Assembly: GCA_947601445.1 (NCBI GenBank) | Contig: CANQGD010000004.1 | Span: 1,108-65,107, forward strand | DNA from: an uncultured Clostridia bacterium | GTDB lineage: Bacteria; Bacillota; Clostridia; Christensenellales; CAG-314 | Direction: 5' to 3' | Length of the DNA stretch: 64,000 bases | Shown: piece by piece, positions 44,590-53,997 of the stretch | Position numbering within the stretch: position 1 is the first letter of the stretch | Layout of the letters: each line of letters begins with the position of its first letter | Position numbers and translations under genes: made by a program | Notes under the pieces: model-generated | What the model was told of the DNA's origin: nothing | What the model saw: only the letters and a program-made list of their open reading frames with translations | Database searches by the model: none

Positions 44590-46362
44590 ATGATTTTCGG
44601 CAAATATATAAATAGATTTTATCTTAAATATGCGTTGCTGATACTGTGCGGATTGATTGCGCTTGCTGCCGTGGATTACGCGCAAACGCTCATTCCCGAA
44701 ATGTACCGTATGGTAATAGACGGCGCCGACAAAGGCGTTGTCGGAATCGGCAACGAAATTTTTACATTCGATTTGCAGTTTGTTTGGGATAAAATTTGTG
44801 TTCCGATGTTTTTTATCATTGTGTTTATCGTTTTCGGCAGATTTCTGTGGCGTATCTGTCTTTTCGGGAGCGGAATACGCGTCGAGCGAGATTTGCGCAA
44901 ACAAATGTTCGCTCATTGCGAGCAGCTGTCGTGCAAATTTTATTCGGGCGAAAAAATCGGTAACTTGATGTCTCTGTTTACAAACGATTTGGAAACGGTT
45001 CAGGATTGTTTCGGAAACGGCATTATGATGACGTTCGACGCGCTGTTTTTAGGCGGCTTATCGCTGTACAAAATGTTTTATATGGATGGGTTGATGACAT
45101 TGCTTGCGCTTATTCCTATGGCATTGATGGTGGCAGTAAGTTTGTTGGTGGGCAAATATATGACGCTTAAATGGCGCACCCGACAGCAAGCATTTTCCGA
45201 CCTGTCGGATTTTTCACAGGAAAGTTTTTCGGGCATAGCGGTAATAAAGGCGTTTGTAAAAGAATTTAAGGAGTTGTTGGCATTCAGGTGGTTAAACAAA
45301 AAGAATGAAGACGCCAATGTGGCTTACACCCGAATAAGCACTCTGCTGAATGTATGCGTTACATTGTTTGTGGAGTCGGTAATATGCATCATTTTGGGGT
45401 ACGGTTCCTTTTTGGTATATAAAGAAGATTTTACCGGCGGACAGTTAATGGAGTTTATCGGTTATTTCAATGCTGTAATATGGCCGATAATGGCTGTTAC
45501 CGAACTTATAGAAATGCACTCTCGCGGTAAAGCGTCTTTGCGCAGAGTGTCCGACCTGTTGAATGAAAAATCCGATGTGGTGGATCAGGAAGAAGCTTTG
45601 CCCGTACAACACGTTTGCGGGGAAATAGAATTCCGCCATGTAACGTTTCGTTATCCCGGCGCTGATTACGATGCTTTATCCGATGTCAGTTTTCATATCG
45701 ATGCGGGAGAAAACGTGGGCATTATAGGCAAAACAGGAAGCGGTAAGACTACCGTCGCAGACCTTATTTTACGCTGTTACAATGTGGCAGACGGCACATT
45801 GTTTGTGGACGGAAAAGATGTCAATTGCATTACGGTAAAAAGTTTGCGCGATTTTTGCACATATGTGCCTCAGGACAACTTTTTGTTTTCCGATACCATA
45901 TACAATAACATAGCTTTTGCGGTGGATGACGCAACCGAAACGGATGTCGAACAATCTGCGAAACTATCCGATATAGACGAGAATATCGGCAAATTTACGC
46001 ATCACTATCAAACCATGATGGGCGAGCGCGGCGTAACGGTATCCGGTGGGCAAAAACAGCGTATTTCCATTGCCCGTGCATTGATGAAGAATGCTTCGGT
46101 TTTGATTTTGGACGATTCTGTTTCAGCTGTGGACACGGATACCGAAAAAACAATTTTAAGCAATTTGCGTACTGCGCGCAACGGTAAAACCACAATATTT
46201 ATCGCACACCGTATTTCGACGGTAAGAGGATTGGACAAAATAATTCTTTTGGACAACGGTAAAGTGGTTGATGTCGGAAATCACGACGAACTTATGCAAA
46301 GATGCGATGCTTACAGTACTATGGTGAGGTTGCAGGCTTTGGAAGAAGAGGAGGGCATTTGA
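44590..46362 (+). CDS. ABC exporter, fused permease/ATPase (heterodimer subunit 1)
   Basis: Six-TM ABC_membrane domain, Walker A GKTGSGKTT, signature VSGGQKQR, Walker B ILILDD. Confidence 0.85.
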   Translation: MIFGKYINRFYLKYALLILCGLIALAAVDYAQTLIPEMYRMVIDGADKGVVGIGNEIFTFDLQFVWDKICVPMFFIIVFIVFGRFLWRICLFGSGIRVERDLRKQMFAHCEQLSCKFYSGEKIGNLMSLFTNDLETVQDCFGNGIMMTFDALFLGGLSLYKMFYMDGLMTLLALIPMALMVAVSLLVGKYMTLKWRTRQQAFSDLSDFSQESFSGIAVIKAFVKEFKELLAFRWLNKKNEDANVAYTRISTLLNVCVTLFVESVICIILGYGSFLVYKEDFTGGQLMEFIGYFNAVIWPIMAVTELIEMHSRGKASLRRVSDLLNEKSDVVDQEEALPVQHVCGEIEFRHVTFRYPGADYDALSDVSFHIDAGENVGIIGKTGSGKTTVADLILRCYNVADGTLFVDGKDVNCITVKSLRDFCTYVPQDNFLFSDTIYNNIAFAVDDATETDVEQSAKLSDIDENIGKFTHHYQTMMGERGVTVSGGQKQRISIARALMKNASVLILDDSVSAVDTDTEKTILSNLRTARNGKTTIFIAHRISTVRGLDKIILLDNGKVVDVGNHDELMQRCDAYSTMVRLQALEEEEGI

Positions 46363-46363
46363 T

Positions 46364-48256
46364 ATGAAAGAATACCTTCCGTTGTTTATCGTGGGCGCAA
46401 TCATAGGAGTCTTTGCGACGGCGCTTATAATCGCATATGCGTTGGTTAAAGACAAAAAGGAATCTATGGGTTTCGAGCGTAACATGAAGGACGGCGAATT
46501 GCTCAAACGTTTGCTGTATTACGCCAAACCGTATTGGTTTAATTTCGTAATTGTAGGTTTGGTGATGTTGCTCTCCATTTCTTACAATATATTGTCTCCG
46601 ATAATTATTTCGAGAATAGAAAAAATAGTGCAAAATGAGGCGGGTTTTGCATATAGAGAAGTGTTGTGGCGCGTAATCGTCTATGCCGCAATTCTTATCG
46701 GATCGCTTGTCGGCACGTATGTTCAAGCCATCGTATTGCAAAAAACGGGACAAAAAATTATTTCCCGTTTGCGCGAGGACACATTCACTCATATCGAAAG
46801 TTTGTCTCACTCGCAGTTGTCTCATTTACCCGTCGGCAAGTTGGTGACACGCGTAACAAACGACACAAATGCCATTTCCATGATGTTCACGGGTATGCTT
46901 GTCAATCTCGTAAAGAATATTTTTGTGATATTCGGCGTGTTGATCGCAATGTTGTTTATCAATTATATGTTAACGCTGATGGTACTGTGTTTTGTTCCGT
47001 TTATCGTGTTGTTTACGATAATTTTCCGTAAATTTTCACGTCGCGCTTATCGGAAAGTCAAAAACGGCACCACAGACATCAATACCTATCTATCCGAACA
47101 TCTTTCCGGCATGAAGATTATTCAGGTTTTCAATCGCGAAGAACGGAAAATGCGGGAATTCGATGTGAAAAACGATACGCTGTATCGTGCACAGCGCGGA
47201 CAGATATTCGTATTCGGTATTTTCCGCCCGGTTGTATATATGCTGTATATATCCTCTGTATTGTGCCTGTTCTTTTTGGGTGCCAAGGGCGCGTTGGATA
47301 ACCGTGAAATATTGGGACAAATTGTTGACGGCGCTACAATTGTTGCATTCTATATGTTTATTTCGCGCTTTTTTAACCCGATTCAGAATCTGGCAGAACA
47401 ATTTCACCGTTTGCAGTCTGCTTTTGCTTCTGCGGAAAAGATTTTTACCATTTTGGATATTCAGCCCGAAGTGGTGGACGAACCCGACGCAATCGAATTG
47501 GAAAGTATACGCGGCGAAATCGAATTTAAGGATGTGTGGTTTGCCTATAATGAAGGCGAATGGGTTTTGAAAGGCGTGAGTTTTCACGTCGAAGCCAAGA
47601 ATACGGTGGCATTTGTAGGCGCTACGGGCAGCGGGAAAACTACGATTTTGTCATTGCTTTGTCGCAATTACGATATACAGCAAGGGGAAATTTTATTGGA
47701 CGGAATCAATATACGTCATATAAAGATTTCCTCCCTTCGCAAGCACTTCGGTCAGATGTTGCAAGATGTTTTCTTGTTTGCGGGAACAATTCGCGGTAAC
47801 ATTGTTTTGCGGGAGGAATTTAGCGACGAAGAAGTAGAGCAAGCGTGCAAGTATGTCAATGCCGACAAATTTATCGGCAAATTGGCAAACGGTTTGGACG
47901 AAGAGGTTCGTGAACGAGGCAACAATTTCTCCGCGGGACAACGTCAGCTGCTAAGCTTTGCAAGAACCATTATTCATCGTCCGGAAGTTATGATTTTGGA
48001 TGAGGCAACCGCCAATATCGATACCGAAACGGAGTTGCTTATTCAGGACAGCCTGGAAAAAATGATGAACGTCGGAACGATGTTGATAGTGGCGCACCGT
48101 CTGTCTACCATTCAGCACGCCGACAATATCATAGTACTATCCGACGGCAAAATTATCGAGCAGGGCAATCATCACGAATTGCTGCACAACAAGGGACGTT
48201 ATTACGAACTGTATACACTTCAATTTAACAAAGAACAATTGAGAAAAGGTGCATAA
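46364..48256 (+). CDS. ABC exporter, fused permease/ATPase (heterodimer subunit 2)
   Basis: Six-TM domain, GATGSGKTT, FSAGQRQL, MILDEAT. It starts 1 nt after the partner gene. Confidence 0.85.
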   Translation: MKEYLPLFIVGAIIGVFATALIIAYALVKDKKESMGFERNMKDGELLKRLLYYAKPYWFNFVIVGLVMLLSISYNILSPIIISRIEKIVQNEAGFAYREVLWRVIVYAAILIGSLVGTYVQAIVLQKTGQKIISRLREDTFTHIESLSHSQLSHLPVGKLVTRVTNDTNAISMMFTGMLVNLVKNIFVIFGVLIAMLFINYMLTLMVLCFVPFIVLFTIIFRKFSRRAYRKVKNGTTDINTYLSEHLSGMKIIQVFNREERKMREFDVKNDTLYRAQRGQIFVFGIFRPVVYMLYISSVLCLFFLGAKGALDNREILGQIVDGATIVAFYMFISRFFNPIQNLAEQFHRLQSAFASAEKIFTILDIQPEVVDEPDAIELESIRGEIEFKDVWFAYNEGEWVLKGVSFHVEAKNTVAFVGATGSGKTTILSLLCRNYDIQQGEILLDGINIRHIKISSLRKHFGQMLQDVFLFAGTIRGNIVLREEFSDEEVEQACKYVNADKFIGKLANGLDEEVRERGNNFSAGQRQLLSFARTIIHRPEVMILDEATANIDTETELLIQDSLEKMMNVGTMLIVAHRLSTIQHADNIIVLSDGKIIEQGNHHELLHNKGRYYELYTLQFNKEQLRKGA

Positions 48257-48294
48257 TTCTGCAATCGATCAAGAGTACATAATTTTATTTTTAT

Positions 48295-48317
48295 CCTCGC
48301 TTTTTGCGAGGTTTTTC
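48295..48317 (+). terminator. Intrinsic terminator after the ABC exporter genes
   Basis: CCTCGC-TTTTT-GCGAGG followed by TTTTTC. Confidence 0.65.
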
Positions 48318-48394
48318 TTTTATTATAAGTTATTTGTTAATAATGAAATAAAAATGAACTTATTATAAAAATTTTCTTTATACGCGCAAGTTAT

Positions 48395-48424
48395 TGACAA
48401 AACCCCACGGGGGGGGGTATGCTG
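48395..48424 (+). promoter_or_regulatory. Putative fba promoter with a G9 tract in the spacer
   Basis: TTGACA (48395-48400), 18-nt spacer containing CCCCAC plus nine G (48410-48418), then TATGCT (48419-48424). Confidence 0.4.
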
Positions 48425-48459
48425 TTTAAGCAAAATATTCAAGTCGTTCGGAGGAAAAA

Positions 48460-49395
48460 ATGGCATTAGTAACCACAAAGGAAATGTTTAACAAGGCATA
48501 CCAAGGAGGTTATGCCGTCGGGGCATTCAATGTGGATAATGTAGATATAATGCAAGGCGTTTTGGCTGCGGCGGTCAAGACGCAGTCGCCGGTTATAATA
48601 GCTATAAGCGGCGGCGCGCTCAAATATATGCATCCCGCCTATGTTCGTCACGCGGCGCTTGCCGCGGCGGAAGAGTGCGATATACCCATTGCTTTGCATC
48701 TCGATCACGGCAAAAGTGTCGAGTTGTGCAAGCAGTGTGTTGACAACGGTTTTACTTCCGTAATGATAGACGCCTCTGCGTATGACTTTGAAACCAATGT
48801 TGCTATGACGCGAGAAGTTGCGGAATATGCGCACAAGCGCAGTGTTGTGGTCGAAGGTGAATTGGGCGCCCTTGCCGGTATCGAAGATGACGTAATTGTA
48901 GAGGATAAGTACGGCAGTTTCACTCATCCCGACGAGGCAGTGGAGTTTGTACGTCGCACAGGTATAGACAGCCTTGCTATTGCGATAGGCACGGCACACG
49001 GAGCGTATAAATTCAAACCGGGACAGAAACCGCAGCTGCGTTTTGATATATTGGAAGAAATTTCCGCCAAATTACCGGGGTTCCCGATAGTTTTGCACGG
49101 TGCTTCCAGCGTTCCCAAGGATAGGTTGGATACATTCAATAGCTATGGCGGTCAAATGCCGGAGGCAATCGGTATTCCCGAGGATATGCTTCGCAAAGCG
49201 GCTTCTATGTCTGTATGCAAGATCAATGTGGGCAGCGATATACGTATTTGTTATTTCGGAGAGCTTCGTAAGATGTTTGCATTGAAACCGACCAAATTCG
49301 AGGGCAGAGAATTTCTCGAACCGGCTCGTATGGCAGTAGAAGAAATGGTTACGGACAAAATCGTCAATATAATGGGTAGCGCTCACAAAGCATAA
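48460..49395 (+). CDS. fba: Class II fructose-1,6-bisphosphate aldolase
   Basis: GGYAVGAFNV, LHLDHG, and HGAS/GTAHG motifs of class II ketose-bisphosphate aldolases. SD is GGAGG. Confidence 0.9.
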   Translation: MALVTTKEMFNKAYQGGYAVGAFNVDNVDIMQGVLAAAVKTQSPVIIAISGGALKYMHPAYVRHAALAAAEECDIPIALHLDHGKSVELCKQCVDNGFTSVMIDASAYDFETNVAMTREVAEYAHKRSVVVEGELGALAGIEDDVIVEDKYGSFTHPDEAVEFVRRTGIDSLAIAIGTAHGAYKFKPGQKPQLRFDILEEISAKLPGFPIVLHGASSVPKDRLDTFNSYGGQMPEAIGIPEDMLRKAASMSVCKINVGSDIRICYFGELRKMFALKPTKFEGREFLEPARMAVEEMVTDKIVNIMGSAHKA

Positions 49396-49453
49396 ATAAG
49401 TTAATTCTACCGATATTATCGGTAAAAATAAAAAAATTATAAAGGAGAAAAAC

Positions 49454-50692
49454 ATGAAAAGACTATTTGCAATTTTACTTACAGTTGCTTTAATTGTTTC
49501 CGCTGTATTTGTTCTTGCATCCTGTAAGGAAAAGAGCGAAGTGGAGTTGGCAATTGAAGCTGCGGAAAAAATGACTCTCGAAGAGCTTGAAGCTGCTTCC
49601 AAAAAGGAATTTGAGGACAATCCCAATTTGGTGTTCAATGCGGATTCTTTGACTTCCGGCGTCAAGAAAGGTATCGCTGCCTTTATCGAGAAGTATGATT
49701 GGCTCAACGAAGACAATGCCAAGTACAACAGCAAGAAAGGTTCCGAATATCAACCCGTTCTTAACGGCGCTGCCGAAACCGACGGATATGTTGCGGACTT
49801 TGTTATGATTCAGGATGCTTCCTTTGTTTACTCTTTGGTAAATGCCGGATTCCTGCTCAGTTATGTTCCGAGCGGAGACGGATATACGATTGCAAAAGAA
49901 GATCAAGATCCTCTCGTAGGCGTAACTTTCAACAAGATTTGGTACTACAATGGGGTAAACGGTGACGGTTATCTCAAAAACGTATGGCAGCTCACGGGTA
50001 AGGACGGCGCTTCTCTCAAGAAGATCGATACCGTTTCTTATCAAAGCCCCCTCGGTGAAGACATCAATATGAGCTTCCTCATCATGCTCACCAGCCCCGA
50101 GTATGAGAGCAAACTCAAAGAATCCTACAAATCTTATTTCGGAACCGACTATGCTAAGACGGATGATTGCAAGAGCATCGGTTATCACTATGTAGAGCAA
50201 TTCATCAAGGCTGTAACGACTTGGCACGATTCCGACACGTCCGAAGTTAAGAACATGAATAACGATGCTCACAAGACAGGCGTTTACTTTGCCGGTCTTG
50301 CCAAGGTAAAGGATTACGAAGGCTACAAACTTCCCGATGATGATCCCGCAAATTGGAAGAAAGTACTCAAAGGTTCCGGTTTCAACTATCAGGTAGAGGG
50401 CTTCAACGGCTTTGTTTACAATATGTGGACATTGATCCCCAAGACAGCTAAGTGCCCCTATACGGCTTGCCTGTTCATCAGATATTTGCTTTCCGAAGAA
50501 GGATTTGCCAAGAGTTTCGAGAATGTTCCCGGATATTATTGCTCCAATACCAAGTGCGCTCCCACCGACGGAACAACGTTGGCAGGATGGAAGAGCAGCT
50601 GCCTCAGCGAGGATCCCGAATACCTTGCCGCGAACTACGACAGCGTAACTGCTTTCATTAAGCAACAACTGACAGCTGTTGGTCAAAAATAA
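49454..50692 (+). CDS. ABC importer substrate-binding lipoprotein (ligand unknown)
   Basis: Signal peptide with lipobox LASC, ~390-aa mature domain, first gene of the SBP-permease-ATPase trio. Confidence 0.8.
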   Translation: MKRLFAILLTVALIVSAVFVLASCKEKSEVELAIEAAEKMTLEELEAASKKEFEDNPNLVFNADSLTSGVKKGIAAFIEKYDWLNEDNAKYNSKKGSEYQPVLNGAAETDGYVADFVMIQDASFVYSLVNAGFLLSYVPSGDGYTIAKEDQDPLVGVTFNKIWYYNGVNGDGYLKNVWQLTGKDGASLKKIDTVSYQSPLGEDINMSFLIMLTSPEYESKLKESYKSYFGTDYAKTDDCKSIGYHYVEQFIKAVTTWHDSDTSEVKNMNNDAHKTGVYFAGLAKVKDYEGYKLPDDDPANWKKVLKGSGFNYQVEGFNGFVYNMWTLIPKTAKCPYTACLFIRYLLSEEGFAKSFENVPGYYCSNTKCAPTDGTTLAGWKSSCLSEDPEYLAANYDSVTAFIKQQLTAVGQK

Positions 50693-50780
50693 TCTTTGTC
50701 AAAGCAAGGATTGATTACAAAATTCTTACAACAAACGGGAGGAGGATTTGCCTCCTCCCGTTTTGTAATAGGAGTGATAT

Positions 50781-52616
50781 ATGACAAACAACAAGAAGTT
50801 TGATGCTCATCTGCTTGGTCACAAGTTGAAATCCTACTTTTCCAAGCCGGCGAACATCATTACAATAGTATTTTTAGTGATACTTGCCCTAACCGTTATT
50901 CTACCCTTGTGTACGTTGCTGTTCGGCTCATTTCAGCTGAATACAATTCAGGAAGCTATGAGTGCGGGAGGGAAAAAAGGTGATTGGACTATAAACCATT
51001 GGGCAAGACTACTCACCTCCACGGAATACGATTATGCAATCAATTCACTGTGGCTTCCTCTCGGCAAGTCCGTGTTGATGGCTTTGTTGGCTTGCTTTAT
51101 CGCGGTTGTTCTCGGCGGCGTGGTGGCGTGGTTCATCACCCGTGCGGATATTCCCGGAAAGAAATTCATTTCGGCGGTATTTGTGTTCCCTTATATAATG
51201 CCGAGTTGGTCTATCGCAATTTTTTGGGAGAACTTTTTCAAAAATACCAATATGACGGCAGGACCGCGCAACGCCGGTCTGTTGCAGATGATAACCGGAA
51301 TTTGCGTGCCGCAAAGTTGGGTTTACGGCTTGGTACCCTGTGCAATCTGTTTGGGTCTGCACTATGCACCCTTTGCTTATATTCTTATCGGCGGCATTTT
51401 GCGCAATATGGACGCCAACCTTGAAGAGGCAGCAACGGTGTTGGGCGCTTCGCGATTAAAAATTTTGTTCCGCGTCACGTTGCCCATAGTTGCTCCCGCG
51501 TTGATTTCCACGGTATTATTGGTGTTCAGCAGCAGTATCAGCAGTTATACGGTTCCTTTCTTCCTAAACAAGGATGGCAAGTTCATTGCGTTGTCCGTAC
51601 ACCTCAAAAATTTGTTCAGTGACGGTCGCACACAGGGACAAGGTTATGTTATGGCAATACTGTTGATGGCGATTTCCATCGGGATATTGACGCTTAACAA
51701 TTGGTTCACGGGCAAGCGTAAGTCCTTTACAACCGTTACGGGTAAGTCGGGACAGGTGTCGCTCGTCAAGTTTGGCAAGGGTCGTATCCCCATCGCAATA
51801 GTGTTGCTTATCATTGTCGGATTTATCGCAATCGTTCCTCTCTTTACGTTTGCAATGGAAAGCGTGTTGCGTACCAATGCCGACGGAACGCGTACGTTTA
51901 CGATGGATTATTGGTTCTCCAAGGAGGTGCCCACCGGCAGCACCAAGAGCGACACATTGGGCATCTTGGTCAGCGGCACAATGTGGAAAGCTCTCGGGCG
52001 TTCGTTGGGACTTTCGGTGTTGGTGGCGTTGATCGCCGGTACGTCGGGATTGCTTATCGGATATGCCGTTGCTCGCAAACGCGGCAGCCGTGTTGCAACG
52101 TTTGTTTCCGACGTGGCGTTTTTACCGTATCTTATTCCGGCGATGAGTTTTGGCGCGGTTTACCTTTCGTTGAGTTTCACCGAAGGTTTCACTTGGTTGC
52201 GCGGTTCCTTTATTCTGTTGATATTGGTAGGCGGAGTCAAATTTATCCCGTTTGCTTCGCGTACGGGTTCGAGCGCAATGTTGCAGCTTTCCGGCGAGAT
52301 AGAGGAAGCGGCGATTATGCTCAACGTTCCTTGGTGGAAGCGTATGGGACGAGTACTGTTTCCCATTCAAAAGGCAAGTTTCATCAGCGGATATTTGCTT
52401 CCATTCATCAGTTGTATGAGAGAGCTGTCGCTGTTTGTATTACTTACTGTCAGCCATGAAACGTTGCTTACCACGCTGTTGGGAGAATACAGTCGAACGG
52501 GTCTTACGGAATCGGCAAATGCCATCAACCTATTGATAATAATAGTAGTGTTGGTGATTCAATTTGCCGTTAACAAGCTAACGGGCGCGTCTATAGATAA
52601 AGGAGTAGGAGGCTAA
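50781..52616 (+). CDS. ABC importer permease, duplicated (12-TM) FbpB/iron(III)-type architecture
   Basis: Two BPD-transporter halves, each with an EAA-like loop (LEEAATVLGASR and IEEAAIMLNVP). Confidence 0.85.
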   Translation: MTNNKKFDAHLLGHKLKSYFSKPANIITIVFLVILALTVILPLCTLLFGSFQLNTIQEAMSAGGKKGDWTINHWARLLTSTEYDYAINSLWLPLGKSVLMALLACFIAVVLGGVVAWFITRADIPGKKFISAVFVFPYIMPSWSIAIFWENFFKNTNMTAGPRNAGLLQMITGICVPQSWVYGLVPCAICLGLHYAPFAYILIGGILRNMDANLEEAATVLGASRLKILFRVTLPIVAPALISTVLLVFSSSISSYTVPFFLNKDGKFIALSVHLKNLFSDGRTQGQGYVMAILLMAISIGILTLNNWFTGKRKSFTTVTGKSGQVSLVKFGKGRIPIAIVLLIIVGFIAIVPLFTFAMESVLRTNADGTRTFTMDYWFSKEVPTGSTKSDTLGILVSGTMWKALGRSLGLSVLVALIAGTSGLLIGYAVARKRGSRVATFVSDVAFLPYLIPAMSFGAVYLSLSFTEGFTWLRGSFILLILVGGVKFIPFASRTGSSAMLQLSGEIEEAAIMLNVPWWKRMGRVLFPIQKASFISGYLLPFISCMRELSLFVLLTVSHETLLTTLLGEYSRTGLTESANAINLLIIIVVLVIQFAVNKLTGASIDKGVGG

Positions 52617-52619
52617 GCT

Positions 52620-53762
52620 ATGCCAAAAATTATTTTAGAAAATGTAACAAAAAAATTTGACAAATTTGTTGCGGTTGACAATCTGAGTATGACGATAGAG
52701 GATCGCGATTTCGTAATTCTTTTGGGTCCGAGCGGTTGCGGAAAAACCACGACTTTGCGTATGATCGCAGGTCTTGAAACGCCCACAGAGGGACGTATTA
52801 CTATTGGGGAACAAGTAGTGTTCGATTCGGAAAAAGGAATCAACGTGCCTCCCGGAAAACGCGACATAGGTTTTCTTTTTCAAAACTATGCTTTGTGGCC
52901 GCATATGACGGTATACCAAAATATTGCTTTTGGTTTGGAAAACCTCAAATGGAAAAAGGACAGAATCCGCGAACGTGTTAATGAAATGCTGGCTTTGCTC
53001 AAAATCGAACAATTTGAAAAGCGTTATCCAAGCGAACTGTCGGGCGGACAGCAACAGCGCGTAGCTATTGCTCGTACGTTGGCGCCCAGCCCCAAAGTAC
53101 TCTTTATGGATGAACCGCTGTCCAATCTTGACGCCAAATTGCGCCTTGAAATGCGTACGGAACTCAAACGACTGCACGCCAATACGGACTCAACATTTGT
53201 TTACGTAACACACGATCAGTTGGAGGCTATGACCCTTGCAACCAAGGTTTGCCTGTTGGATACAGGTGTATTGCAACAATATGATCCGCCCCTTGTAGTG
53301 TACAACAAACCCAACAATCTGTTTGTAGCGGATTTCGTTGGCAATCCCACAATGAACTTCATCAAGGGTACAGCGGATATTCAGGGCAAAACTGCCAAGA
53401 TTAGTATGCTGGGCACTACATTTACATTCCGCGCAGACGGAGAAATAACTCCCGTTCAGCCTGCCGTTGAGGAGAATACCGAAAGTGACGGCGGTGTGGA
53501 TGTCGTCGTAGGTATTCGCCCCGAATTTATACGTGTAGAGCAAGGCAAGTTGGAAGGTAAGGTTTATACCACATTGCCCTCAGGCATGGAAACTACCGTC
53601 AAGTTGGAATTGGGCGAGGAAATCGTCACATCGGTGGTGTTTGGCAGCGTGGATTATCCTACCAATAGCGATGTTTCCTTTGATATAGTCGGAAACGGAG
53701 TTGTATTATTCGATGCGACAAGCCGCAATAAGATCGCTATGGGTAGCTTGACGATGGAATAG
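52620..53762 (+). CDS. ABC importer ATPase (MalK/PotA/FbpC-like with C-terminal regulatory domain)
   Basis: GPSGCGKTT, LSGGQQQR, LFMDEP, and a C-terminal TOBE-like beta domain. Confidence 0.9.
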   Translation: MPKIILENVTKKFDKFVAVDNLSMTIEDRDFVILLGPSGCGKTTTLRMIAGLETPTEGRITIGEQVVFDSEKGINVPPGKRDIGFLFQNYALWPHMTVYQNIAFGLENLKWKKDRIRERVNEMLALLKIEQFEKRYPSELSGGQQQRVAIARTLAPSPKVLFMDEPLSNLDAKLRLEMRTELKRLHANTDSTFVYVTHDQLEAMTLATKVCLLDTGVLQQYDPPLVVYNKPNNLFVADFVGNPTMNFIKGTADIQGKTAKISMLGTTFTFRADGEITPVQPAVEENTESDGGVDVVVGIRPEFIRVEQGKLEGKVYTTLPSGMETTVKLELGEEIVTSVVFGSVDYPTNSDVSFDIVGNGVVLFDATSRNKIAMGSLTME

Positions 53763-53954
53763 TTATACGAAATAAAACCTGTGTTTAACAAAAAACTCGC
53801 GCGCGAAAACGCGAAAAAACCGTCTTTCTGCGCATAGCTGTCAAGTCTTGAAATTTGGCTTGTTGCGTTTGAGAAATGGTCTGACGGAAAACACTCGTTT
53901 TAATAAAATGTCAGGGGGTTATCGCTTAACGCGGAACCCCTTTTGATATGCAGT

Positions 53955-53985
53955 AAAAAACCCATCGATTGTGCCGATGGGTTTT
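53955..53985. terminator. Bidirectional terminator between convergent operons
   Basis: AAAACCCATCG-ATTGTGC-CGATGGGTTTT. Confidence 0.7.
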
Positions 53986-53997
53986 ACCATAATCTGT

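Noticed and set aside
49490-50686. 398-aa antisense ORF opposite the substrate-binding protein gene. Similar long antisense ORFs occur at 36287..37307 in copA, 14042..14833, 40028..40759, 41251..41910, 42617..43462 and 58423..59250.
   Set aside because: Each is fully embedded opposite a gene with strong family motifs. They lack an SD, and their composition (Arg/Ser/Cys/Phe-rich) is typical of shadow frames.
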